Positions 1 to 11,825 of a DNA stretch of 64,000 bases are shown piece after piece (position 1 is the first letter of the stretch; each line of letters starts with the position of its first letter). The stretch is taken from contig NC_043001.1 in assembly GCF_006345805.1 (NCBI RefSeq), forward strand, positions 40,114,001-40,178,000, read 5' to 3'. This stretch comes from Octopus sinensis (Eukaryota). Under the pieces are notes generated by a model that had not been told where the DNA came from, did no database searches, and saw only the letters and a program-made list of their open reading frames with translations. The translations under genes and the position numbers were made by a program.

Positions 1-3000
1 TAAATGATGATGATGACTTTATTTAAATACATGCTCCTGACCACTTAGCTCATTTTTGTTTAAATCATGCAAATCACCAAGGTCATGATTACTGTTTGCT
101 ACAAGTCTAAGTACCATGGCTGCTGGAAATAAGATCAGATGACTGTTATGCTGTTAAAGGCTCTTGTATCAGAGACTTGTACATGACTGTGTGCTTATCT
201 CCGGACAAGAAGCTTGTCCTTTTCCTTAATGGTATGTCAGTTTAGGAAATATCTTGAGATTATCTCCTCTTTTCAAATGGAGTTGGTCATAATTGCCATT
301 TTGTATTTATGATACATTCTCTAGAGGTGGAGATAATTTTAAGATATCAAGAATTTTTGTTGTATGGTATTTTAAATATTTCTATTTGTCTATGTATTCA
401 AACACATGCACCTTGTCACTTTAGTTATTTCTCTTAAATGGTTTGCTGAAAATAGGTACTATATTGTAGGAGCAACTCACTGTTGTAAGTAGTGATAGCA
501 CTATAAATGAGTGTTTCATTAGTTTGTGGTAGTGAATTTAATTCCTCTTCTATGTATAGCTTGAGAAATTGCTTCCACCAGGCTGGTTTTCCCCCAAGAT
601 ACACTACATTAAGACAGTTTTCAATGAAGTCCATGTAGTTATTATATAGTCATTTAAACTTATCTACATTAATGTTCATTTTTCTTGAAATAACACCATG
701 ATTTCTCAATGAATCTTTACCAAAATTTGCAGACATACCAGTTCATTCCAGAATAATGCATGAAGGAAAAACTGAAATTAAAGGTCTCTCTGAGGGCAAT
801 ATCTGTACATTTTGTAATATACATACTCAGCAAGACAGACTCATACAAACAATAATATATATATCTTTGAGTTCAACAAACTATCACTTTTGCACAAGGT
901 GCTGTACAGTGGGACTGAACTCAAAATGAAAATAATTTCTGCACGATTATTAACTTTAGTTTAGAAATAAAATTTTCAAGTTTAATACTTTGTATACATC
1001 CAAGAATAAGATACCTAATAATTAAAATATTTTCATCTTTTAAAATGAGGTGAATAGTTCAAAGAAATCTTTGAGTTTTTTTTTAATATTATTAGGTATG
1101 TCTTTTTTTTTTCTGCATCAATAGAGTATAATGATGTTTTTCAAACCTTGTATGTATCATGTTGAAAGAATGTTACAGTATCTGATTGCTGTAGTATTTC
1201 AACATACCTCAGTGGAATATAATAAATCTCCCAAATTATTTCAAGTAATTTCAACAGAACAAAAAGCACCCACCCACACACACACACACACACAAATATG
1301 CATTTATGCAATAAAAAAAAGAAAAACAAAACATTTGATTCAGTCTTTATTGATTTTTTTTTTATTCATTTGCTAAATTTGCAACTGGAAGAAAAAAGCT
1401 CAATTGAAATGACAATTTTCAATTAACAATTCAAGATGTCTGTACATATAATTTGTAAATTTGAAACAATATATGACAATATATTTTTTAATAAAAATAT
1501 ATTGGGCTGTAGTTAACTTATGTCATAATGATCATATACAAAATATAATGAAAACAAATTATTATTCATTAGAGAACTGCTGTTTGTAAAATCCTAATGT
1601 ACAGAGTGGGGGTAATAGTATTAAGATCAGTTGTTACATAAATCAAAGTTGTTCAATCTTTATGGAAAGAAACAATAACATAACTTAGTACATACTAAAA
1701 ATAAAGTGAAATATAATTAAGGCATCTGAGAAGGTTAAGTTTATTTAATGGGTTCATTTTTACCTCTAAGTAAGCAAGCTAATGAGTATAAAACTTCAGA
1801 TTAAAATCTATATTTCCAATTCAAATATGAAACTCAATTTCATGATTTAAAAAATATAGAGATTTTCTTTTCATACTAAAACTCCTAATTATAAATTACT
1901 TTACCTGCTGGGAAATTTTGTGTGTGCATGTTTGTGTGCGTAACTAACATAACCTTTTGAGAAGGCTAAATAAAATATTTAAGTACCTACAATTTCTAAA
2001 ACAAGTCTTCATGAATTAAACAAATCTGAGAAAATAACATAAATGAAAGAAAAAAAAACAATTGGAATGTTAGTAAGCAAGACACACACACACAATACAA
2101 TAGACCCAAATATCAACCTTTTTTTTGTTTTTTTTATTCTTAAACATTGAATACAAGTCATAAAAACACAAATGAAGCAATTGTTTGTGACATACAAATC
2201 TATAAAAAGAAACAATGATATCACTGTTTCTGATATAACAAAACAGGATAAGACATCAGCAGAATAAGCATCCAATTTAATACTAACATAAATTGGAATA
2301 AAATGAAATGCATCTCAGGTCAGTTACTGGAATATAGTATTCAATATATTTCCTGTCTATTTGAAAACCAATTTTTATTCCTTTTATTTTTATATAACTT
2401 TTTATTATTATTCTCAAAATTCAAATCAATCAGGAAAATATTCTAATGTCAATAAGCTTTTGATTTTACTCCTTTTTTCCTAGCAAAACAATACTAATGC
2501 TAAACTCATTTAGATGAATCAGCGGCTTCAAAAACTGTATGAAATACAGTTTATATGTCGACACTGAAATACCATAACCTACATATAAAATTCATTATTG
2601 TTAAACTTCTCTGTTCATATATGGTAAATATATACAGCAACATTCTGAAAGATGTATATAAAAACACCAATTCAATCAGAGAAGCTTTGTGGTGTGGTAA
2701 TACCATATTGTTAAAGTTGAGCAATGTAAAATACATATTTAACATGAGAGATCAAGTTAATGGGGGTGAAGGGACAATGCTGAACAGAAAACCAAATTTT
2801 TCTAAAAGAAAACTAGAACCTTATATGAAGTTTACTTAATTAAAAGTTTATTCATAAATGGAAAAAAATTTAACAATATATAAGATAAATGTCAACTGAC
2901 TCAATAAATATATATTGTCCTTAACAAAAATGAAACTTAACTAAATTTTATATACAAATTCCAAGCTATAGCAAACATTAAATATTCTTAGGGTGAACAA

Positions 3001-3068
3001 AAATGCAATTCAAATGTCATTAATTTCATTATATATTTTAATCCATAATCCAAGTGCTACCTACATAT

Positions 3069-3104
<36 letters not shown>

Positions 3105-4225
3105 GAGAGGTTCAGATTATTGTAAAACCATCCGCAACTATTCAATTGAGCAGTATAACACAAACACCAGAATCAATGCTTGTTGTCCTTACAGTAAAAT
3201 GTCACATGTAGACAAATTTAAAATAATGCACCTACAAGACATCATGTTGCATCATTGTTTTCTTGGGGTTTTTTTGTGGTGGTGGGGAGGGGATTTAACA
3301 AACTGATAAAAACAAAGGAAAACATGAATAAGCAAAGGAAAAAGAATATCACTCAAACAATGATATAAGTGTATATCTGCATATGTGTGTGTATGAGGAA
3401 AGAGGTGTATACACACATAGATTTCAACAAAACAGTTTCTGAAGAATCAAAAAAAAAAAAATTAAGGTGAAATTGTCCAGCCCTAGACAACCATTTTAAT
3501 GACTTGCTCCAGAAAAGTAAAGGATGATATAGGGAACCTGACTGCAGTCGAGTGGGGAGGTTGCTGCAAAAGAAATAGAAAAAGATTGTTAACATTGATT
3601 TTTATGTCTAACTGGAAATGTATATAAATGTACAAATGAGTAAATTTAACCTTTCTACAAGCAATCCACACCATGCCAGCAAGGGAAAATAGACAAAAAT
3701 AATAGCATTCAATTCATCAAATAGAGTTTATTTCGTTGATTCAAAGATGACATCTTTAATCAAAGTTCTTGCTACATGAAAGCCTTCAGGCAACAAAATT
3801 ATTAGGCCAGTGTCTTCTACTATAGCCCACACCCAGCCACTGCTATGGGAATGAATTTGGTAGATGGAAACTATAACAAAGCACATTGTTTGTGTGCGTG
3901 TGCAAGAGTTCGTGTATACATACATATGTTAATGTTTGTTTTTATGTAAAGTTATAAATGAAAGTTATTTAACACTAAACCGAAAGATTACTCAATACAT
4001 TTTAATTGAGTATATTTTTATCAACTTTTACAAGAAGTTGACGGTGATTTAAAAGTTTCAGTTTGTTTGCCTTCACCAGACTCTGATCTACTTGGATTTT
4101 TTTGACTTTATAGTCTTAGGCAAGCAGAAGCAGTTGTGAAGGAACAAAAAAGCAGCATGCTTAAAACTATGTAAAGCCAAAAAGAACTTAAAATTATCAC
4201 AGTCAACCTCTTCATGGTTAAAGTT

Positions 4226-4226
<1 letters not shown>

Positions 4227-4305
<79 letters not shown>
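4227..4305. repeat. Compound (TG)n(TA)n microsatellite; others at 3066-3103, 5604-5650, 32185-32220
   Basis: Direct reading. Confidence 0.95.
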
Positions 4306-4700
4306 ATCATCATCGTCGTCATTTAACATCCACTTTCCATGCTGGCATGGATTGGATGGTTTGAGTGAGGGCTGCACCAGGCTCCAATCTGGTCTGGCAA
4401 AGTTTCTACAGCTGGATGTCCTTCCTAATGCCAACCACTTCAAGAATGTAGCGGGTGCTTTTTACATGCCACCAGCGCGAAGGCCAGTCAGGTGGTACCA
4501 GCATCAACCACACTCAAATGGTGCTTTTTACGTGCCACCGGCACAGGAGCCAGTCAGGTGACACTGGCAACAATCACACACGAATGGTACTTTTTACGTG
4601 CCACCGGCATGTGAGCCAGTCAGGCAGCACTAGCAACAATCACACTCAAATGGTGCTTTTAACGTGCCACTAGCACAGGTACCAATCAGGCAGTACTGTC
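4305..4700 (-). mobile_element. SINE/LINE-3'-end family A copy with four internal 66-bp tandem units
   Basis: Ends ...gcatggaaagtggatgttaaatgacgacgatgatga; 66-bp units start at 4454, 4520, 4586, 4652. Other copies on plus at about 13270-13500, 14620-14780, 30900-31280, 31290-31620, 36640-36790, 40770-40930. Confidence 0.8.
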
Positions 4701-5600
4701 ATCGGCCACGACAACGATTTCACTTGCCTCAACAGGTCTCTGCAAGTGCAGTTTATTGCCCAATGATTGAAGGGTACTCTTAAATGGACTGGTTATTCAG
4801 CACTGGCATAGCCACAGTTATGGTCTCACTTGGCTTGTCAGGTCTTCTCAAGCACAGTATATTTCCAAAGGTCTCAGTCAATTGTCATTACCTCAATGAG
4901 GCCCAATGTTCGAAGGTCGTGCTTCACCACCTCATCCCAGGTCTCCCTGGGCCTACATCTTCCACAGGTTCCCTCTACTGCTTGGGTGTGACACTTTTCC
5001 ACACAGCTGTCCTCATCCATTCGCAACACATGACCATACTAGCATAGTTGTCTCTCTTGCACACTACACCTGATGCTTCTTGTCCAACTTTTCTCTCAGG
5101 GGCACTTACACTCTGTCGTGTATGCACACTGACATTACATATCCAGCAGAGCATACTGCCTTCATTCCTTGCAAGCGCATGTCCTTTGCAGTCACAACCC
5201 ATGTTTCACTACCATGTAGCACTGCTGATCACACACATGCATCATACAGTCTACCTTTTACACTGAGCAAGAGGCACTTTGTAACCAGCAGCGGTAGGAG
5301 CTCTCTGAACTTTGCCCAGGCTGTTCTTATTCTAGCAGCTACACTTTCAGATCATCCACCCCCACTACTGACTTGGTCACCTAGGTAACGGAAGCTATCA
5401 ACTACTTCTAGTTTTTTTCCCCTGGAATGTGACAGAAGCTGTTTTCTGCATATTTTCAGTGTTTATTGCTCCTGAGCATTTGCCACACGCAAAAACTATC
5501 TTCCCAATTAGCCTTCCTTTGATATTGCTGCACCTCTTATGTCTCCATAGCTTACACTGGGTACATCTTATAGAGTTTCTACCTATGCCTTTTCTATAGA
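4700..5600 (-). mobile_element. RTE-clade LINE, 3' part of ORF2 and 3'UTR
   Basis: LARNEGSMLCWICNVSVHTRQSV and IRCTQCKLWRHKRCS; same family as the copy at 30040-30600 in the opposite orientation. Confidence 0.85.
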
Positions 5601-5604
5601 TCGA

Positions 5605-5652
<48 letters not shown>

Positions 5653-5934
5653 CCCTATATACCCAAATATGTGAACTTTACCCATGTGTGATTTTTTTTT
5701 TCTATGCTCTTTAGCACTGTACATCTTTGCAAGATACTGCCTTGTGATGAATACTGCAGTTGTGTGACTTTCTATAGTACATCTACATGAAAATAGGATA
5801 TACAGAACACTTGTTGTGTCTATGGAGGGTCATTGTGCCTCTCTAGACACAAGATTTGTTTCCACACAGAAATTCACATCAAGAATCTTGCAAATCAAAT
5901 ACGAGAGCAAAGCAGAGAACACTATTTTGAATTA

Positions 5935-6250
5935 ATGAAGGCACAGTGGTTAGAGTGTCGGACTCACAATCATGAGGTAGTGAGTTTGATTCCCAAACCG
6001 GACTGTATGTTGTGTTCTTGAGCAAGAAACTTTATTTCACGTTGCTCCAGTTCACTCAGCTGTAGAAACGAGTTGCGATGTCACTGGTGCCAAGCTATAT
6101 CAGCCTTTGCTTTTCCCTTGGACGACATTGGTAGCATGGAAAAGGAAGGCTGGTATGCATGGGCAAATGCTGGTCTTCCATAAACAACCTTGCCTGGACT
6201 TGTGCCTCGGAGGGGAACTTTCTAGGTGCAATCCCATGATCATTCAAGAC
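5935..6250 (+). mobile_element. tRNA-derived SINE with core domain
   Basis: A-box-like tggttagagtgtcgg and B-box-like gagtttgattcc, followed by gtgttcttgagcaagaaactt core; no acceptor stem or CCA end, so not a tRNA gene. Confidence 0.75.
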
Positions 6251-6644
6251 TGAAGTGGGTCGAGTTCAGTTCATTTTGAATTAATACTGTTTCTAATGTT
6301 GATAACAAGGTTTTTCTGAGCATGCCAGCTATTTGCAACACCAGTGCCTTGTTAATCACTACATTTGTATATCAGTAGAAGGTAAATTTCTCTTAGCATG
6401 TGGTTGCTAAATGTATACTTTCTGCTGATGATTCTCAAACAAAGAAGCAGAAATCTAGATTCAACAATTCCACTACTGGACACATTTTGCCTACTACTGA
6501 TATGCTTCTGTGCTTTTTTAGCACTCTGCATATATGAGGTGCTGTCTCATGACAAATACTCCAATTGTGAGGTTTTCTATCATACATCTATGTTAAGTAA
6601 GATGTACAGAATGCTATTTTGAACTAATACTGCCTCTGTTGCTA

Positions 6645-6884
<240 letters not shown>

Positions 6885-7290
6885 CATCATCATCATTGTT
6901 TAACATCCATCTTCCATGCATGCATAGGTAAGGTAAGACAGATGATAGGAGTCAGCCAGGTAGAAAAACTACCCTCATCTACTGAGATACTTCTTAATGG
7001 GTACAACAGATTCATATGCAGGCTACCACTGATTTCATGTAAGAAGCAAACCCTATGAAGATTTATAAATTTGACCCACCTATTTGAATAAGGCCTGGCA
7101 AATAGGATTTTTTCACAAATCCACAGTCTACTTTTTACATGAATCTATTAGTAGACTGCACATGAATACTTGTGTCATACCCATAAGTAAAATATTTCAC
7201 TCAACTAAACTAATTTCTCTCAAAATTTAACTTGCTTAACACAGTACAAAATTTTAACAGAAATTATGAACAATAATCACTAAGTTGATG

Positions 7291-7349
7291 AAAAGACACA
7301 CACACTTACAAAGGATTTGCTAATTGTTGTTACCCAACATAGTTTTATT
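7291..7349 (-). terminator. Candidate polyadenylation signal overlapping the stop codon, with CA cleavage sites and GU/U-rich downstream element
   Basis: Minus strand CAA TAA A gives AATAAA (7349-7344); CA dinucleotides about 15-18 nt downstream; tttgtaagtgtgtgtgtctttt at 7312-7291. Confidence 0.45.
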
Positions 7350-7722
7350 GGTGCTGCTGAACAACAGGTTGGTGTTGCTGCTGCTGAACTACAGGCTGCT
7401 GCTGCTGGTGCTGTTGCACTACAGGCTGTTGTTGCTGTTGATGACCTACAGGTTGTTGCTGATGACCTACAGGTTGTTGTTGCTGATAACCCACAGGCTG
7501 TTGTTGCTGATGACCTACAGGCTGCTGTTGCTGCTGTTGATGTAAAGCAGCTTGCTGTTGAGCAAACTGCTGTTGATGTTGAGCAGCAGCCAATTGCTGT
7601 TGCCTGAGATTTTCTTGATGTGCATACTGCAGATTTTGTTGCTCCTGATGCTGCTGCTGTTGTTGTTGTTGTTCTTGATGTGGTTGCTGCATATGAACAA
7701 CGTTTGGATCCACAGGCTGCAC
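7345..7722 (-). CDS. NUCB2: Nucleobindin exon 11 (terminal coding exon): Gln-rich tail with QQQPV(G/V) repeats
   Basis: Acceptor tgtattag immediately precedes the 125-codon ORF VQPVDPNVVHMQQ...PVVQQHQ*; phase 0 matches exon 10; stop TAA at 7345-7347. The ORF-track start here is a GTG (Val) at the exon start, not a true initiator. Confidence 0.85.
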   Translation of the reverse strand: MQPVDPNVVHMQQPHQEQQQQQQQHQEQQNLQYAHQENLRQQQLAAAQHQQQFAQQQAALHQQQQQQPVGHQQQQPVGYQQQQPVGHQQQPVGHQQQQQPVVQQHQQQQPVVQQQQHQPVVQQHQ

Positions 7723-8450
7723 CTAATACAGAGAGAAATGCAACAAAGAGGTTATGAGTATTTTGACATAATTTCATGAATTTGAACATTCTATATTTAT
7801 TAGGGTAGAAGAGAAATAATTGAGAGGATGAAGTCTTGATTGGCTTATATATAAATTCATAGCTTACTGTAGGTATTTCCCTGGGATTTTGATTAAACAC
7901 ATTAAACCTAAGTTTACTCAGTTGAATAGGTAACAACTAAACCTTTTCCTAGGTTAAGTCAGTCCTAAGTAACTTTTAAGAAAAAAATACTGGTTTGTTC
8001 TAAGAAACTTCTAAGAAAGTTACTTGTGACAGACTAGCATTATATGTTAAAAGAAATTTATTTCATCCACAAAAACTAGAAATAAGCGCCAATACTAATA
8101 ATAATTTTTCAATGTTAGCTGCTGTAAGTTCAATTAGCCTAAATCACTACAATACATTCAAAGAAAGGAATTATTTTCAACTACTTTTTCCAACCTTTTA
8201 AATGCTGCAACAGTTTTATAGGAGCCAAATTTGAAAAAGCAAATCATAAACTGTCTGGTCACTTTAGTTAAAAATCCTTGCTTAATACTTAACAAGCAAC
8301 TACAAAAATTAAGATAAGTAGAGCAACTACTAAAATTAAGATAAGTAGAGCTATTTAAAAACAGTGTACGATTCTTGTGAACTTACTCAGTAAGTTAGCA
8401 GCTATCACTTAATCTAGCTGATGCACCAACAAAGAGCTTCTCAGTACACC

Positions 8451-8555
8451 TTCTCAATGCTTACAGCCAATTTTCTTTCAACAAACTTCCTATCCTTAAA
8501 ATCAACTACATCCTTATGAGTTCTCATGTTATTACTGTTTTTCTTTCTTAAATAC
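8451..8555 (+). repeat. 105-bp direct repeat, copy 1 (copy 2 at 12105-12209)
   Basis: ttctc(a/c)atgcttacagccaatt(t/c)tctttcaacaaacttcc...cttaaatac; 2 mismatches by eye. Confidence 0.92.
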
Positions 8556-8942
8556 CTTCTTGCTTGTTAACAGCTTAAAACAAAATTATTCCAGGATCTT
8601 TACATAGATTATGACTGATAAGCACTGAACAAGATGTCATTGACCTCAACCATTTCATCTTAATGTCATGTCCCAGTAAATTTCTTATGAGGTAAATCCA
8701 AATAGTTATGTATTTTACATGCTTAAAGAAGTGAGCTGCATGTATCTACACCTGATACAAGTAATCTACATAGTAGCTACAAGATTGTTTTCCAAAATGC
8801 ACTAGAATATAAGGATTGTGTTAGTATAGCACAGAAATGTGTTTTCTTTCTAGAAACTTTCCATTTACACTTTATTACAGATATTTTCCTCCGTATACTT
8901 AAATTAATCATAAACTTTAAAACTAAAAAAACTTTTAATCAC

Positions 8943-9071
8943 CACTTGTCCTGGTTGAGCCAAATTGTCATAGATTTGTTGCTTTTTAAGGCGCTCTTCT
9001 TCTTCACGTAACATCTTCTCATATTGTTGCATTTCTTCTTCTGAATATATTTCATCATCTTCATCCAAGCC
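8943..9071 (-). CDS. NUCB2: Nucleobindin exon 10 (129 nt; 126 nt if the upstream tandem donor is used)
   Basis: GLDEDDEIYSEEEMQQYEKMLREEEERLKKQQIYDNLAQPGQV matches the NUCB post-EF (T/G)LD...(F/Y)TEEEL..YE motif; ttttgaag acceptor; tandem donors CAA|GTGGTG or GTG|GTGATT, both phase 0. Confidence 0.88.
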
Positions 9072-11450
9072 CTTCAAAAGTAAATGGGGTTTTCAAAATT
9101 AGAGATTACAAATACATTTATCCTTTGTTATCATTACCTCACACATGAATTTAATAGTCTAAAAAAATCAAATATCATTTTCTAATCAATATCATCTATC
9201 AATGGGGCTATGCTCTTTGATTTAAAGGGAGCTGATGATCGAAACTGGAGTGAAAGCTATGTTTTTCCTAAGGGTGCTAGTCATGGAATGAGGAGAAATA
9301 TTTAAACTAAGATTAAAACCAAATTACAGATTTGTGTTGCTAAGATCTTATAAAGTGATTGCTAACATTGAATATACTATTCATTCTCCAAGTCTTTTAA
9401 GATCCCAATTTGTCCAACAATCCATTTTGAAATCCCTTCATATTCTTTCATCAATAAACAATGCATCTCCTACTGAGAGATAGTTTACAAAAAAAATTGT
9501 TTTTGTGTTGTTAGAAAATAGTTATGAAACTTGAGCTGATAAAACATTAATGATGATTTAGGTAATTTACAAATTAATAAGAATAAATAGTCAAGTATTG
9601 CAAGTGGCATATAATCTTATAGAACTGATCATAAGAGATTTCCAGTAACAAGCAGTATTTGATAAGCATAATTATGTAAAAGATACTGTCGTATGTACAT
9701 GACACGCAAGAGTTGTTGAGATGGATGTGGTAACAAAAGGATCAAAATTAAATAAACTTAGAATTAAGATTTGCACCCTAACCTAATCAACATTTCTTTT
9801 TCTTGTTCAATTTGAACCTAATGGTCATTAATAAAAAAGAAATTACTAACCAATATACTAATACCTCTAATTTCATCAAATGTAGTTTTCTTACAAAAGA
9901 TTGGACCTTTAGAGTCATAATGTCATATGATGTTCATTCATTTTCTCAAGACCTTTTAAAGCAGATAGGCCTTGCATGATTATAAATAAAATGGCCAAGT
10001 GGGTGCCCAAACTACCTTCTAAGACATGCTACTTCCTACTACACAACCAAAGCTCATAAACCTAAAATTCTAAGTGGTTTACCTATAACAGTGCTGCAGC
10101 AATACTGGCAAAGAGTATTGTCAATAACATCTGGAGTTAGTCAACCAATCAGAACTGTAATGTTTACATCTTCTTACAAGCTTTCCCATCACCTAAAATG
10201 TAGTAGAGCCTACTGGCACCTTGCCAAAATGGTCTTTGTCGAATGTTCCTGCCCATTACACATCAAACAAGATGACTATTAGCAACATTCATGATGAAAA
10301 AAGCTTCCACCCTCAGTTTTACAACTAAATTCATTTGCCACAAGTAACATTTCCAACAATCTCACCAAGTCACTAGATTACAAAGTCATCTCTTTCGTTG
10401 CACTGAAACTCCAGTCTCAATTTTCAATCTCTCTCTTTCAACAGGAATCTATCCTAATCTTCAATTACACATTACAGTGGCTCCCAACTCTAACCCTACC
10501 AACCCACTTTCACTGCCAACATCTCAAAGTTAATGGAAAATGGTTACAAACAGTCCCCACCAATTTGTTGATCTTCTCTCCTTCAGTGAGAAACTACAAA
10601 TAGTTTCCACAGAGACAGATCTCCAAGCACTGACTCTATGTTACACATCAGAAGTTCTTTGTTTTTTAATATTTTGGTTAAAGTAATCTTGTTATACTTG
10701 ACACCAGCAAAGTCAACTGTAACTATTATCATAACAACTTTTGTTTCCTTTCCATTGAATTAACTGCATACCAACCCTATTCAGACTCACAAGACACATC
10801 CATTTCTCCTTCCAATCATCTAGCATCTTATACTCCAACTTCACCAAATCCTTGTTCCCCAGAACTACAATCCTCTGGAAACCAACCAAACCACACCATT
10901 TTTCTGAAGATACTTTTCAACAAAATAAACATCAAAATGCATCAATTTCACAAGTCTGGAAGGACATACGAAGTCTATGGGCATTGTTACAGCTATTTTG
11001 ACTGACATTTTAAAAGGATGTTTTGAAGAATTTATTTTTATTTCTGCCAGTATATAAAGAAGACATTACAAAAGAAGCTTCATCCATTATCTCACCAAGC
11101 TGAGTGTGATACTGTGAAACAAAGTAATCTTAAATCTCCTAGACTTTGATATGGCTGTGTGCTTAAGAAACACACTTTACAACCACATGTTCAGTCCTAC
11201 TCTGCAGTCCCTTGGACAAGCGTCCTCTACTATAGCCCAAGGCCAACTAATGCCTTATGAGTGAATTTGGTAGAGAGAGGCTGTGCGAAAGCCTGTTGCA
11301 TATGAATATGTGTGTGTGTCTCTCCCACTACTTTATAAATGATGTTGGTTTGTTTATGTCCTCATAACCTTGTGGTTTGGCAAAAGAGACCAATACAATA
11401 AGTACCAAACTTTAAAAAAATAAGTACTAGGGTCAATTTGTATGTCTAAA

Positions 11451-11825
11451 GTCTTCTTCTTCTTGTCTTGAGACAGCATTCACCCGAGGTGGGTTGAGCT
11501 GGCTTTATTTATCCTCAATGCTACATCTCTCACAAACACCGACCGAGCCTGGCGATTTGAGGTTAACGACCGCGTGATCTCCAACCATTCCCTATTCCAG
11601 CAGCAAACACCGTAGACATGGGGGCCTAGGTTGGGTTCCAGATCAGCCTTGACTGTCATCAGCCAGGTCATTCATTGTCCACCACATTTCTTTTGCCAAC
11701 CCTGAAGGGGAGCTGGAGCAATTGCTTCGTAGATGAATTCTCCTGGTTGATGACGGAGGGCATGACCCAGCCAATGCAGACGTCTCGTTAGGATGATTTG
11801 TCGGAGGGGGGTGATTTTGCACTGG
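11451..11825 (-). mobile_element. 5'-truncated RTE-like LINE with (AAG)n tail, nested in a SINE
   Basis: RRLHWLGHALRH...TWLMTVKADL; CpG-rich relative to flanks; 8-bp flanking direct repeat tgtctaaa at 11443-11450 and 11826-11833. Confidence 0.85.

Noticed and set aside
434-803. Minus-strand ORF MDFIENCLNVVYLGGKPAWWKQ... and a possible 64-nt exon at 739-802
   Set aside because: In-frame TGA six codons upstream with no acceptor between; no splice combination gave a convincing continuous frame or recognisable domain.
3483-3800. Strong minus-strand acceptor near 3567 and protein-like ORF ends
   Set aside because: No matching donor or phase-consistent partner exon; no homology recognised.
4454-4700. 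Regularly spaced repeats resembling a CRISPR array (also 21695-22200)
   Set aside because: The inter-repeat parts are homologous to each other rather than unique spacers; eukaryotic context; no cas genes.
5935-6010. tRNA-like sequence
   Set aside because: A and B boxes only, no cloverleaf acceptor stem, continues into SINE core: a SINE head, not a tRNA gene.
7280-7936. Five additional overlapping ORFs (up to 218 aa) over the terminal exon
   Set aside because: CAG/CTG-rich repeats lack stops in most frames; only the frame in phase with exon 10 and starting at the acceptor is supported.
8295-8350. 27-bp tandem duplication (agcaactac-aaaattaagataagtag x2)
   Set aside because: Real but an ordinary slippage duplication in an intron, with no functional hint.
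9232-9246. CTGATGA..GAAAC hammerhead-like cores (also about 24654-24667)
   Set aside because: No room for stem II and no flanking stem I/III complementarity.
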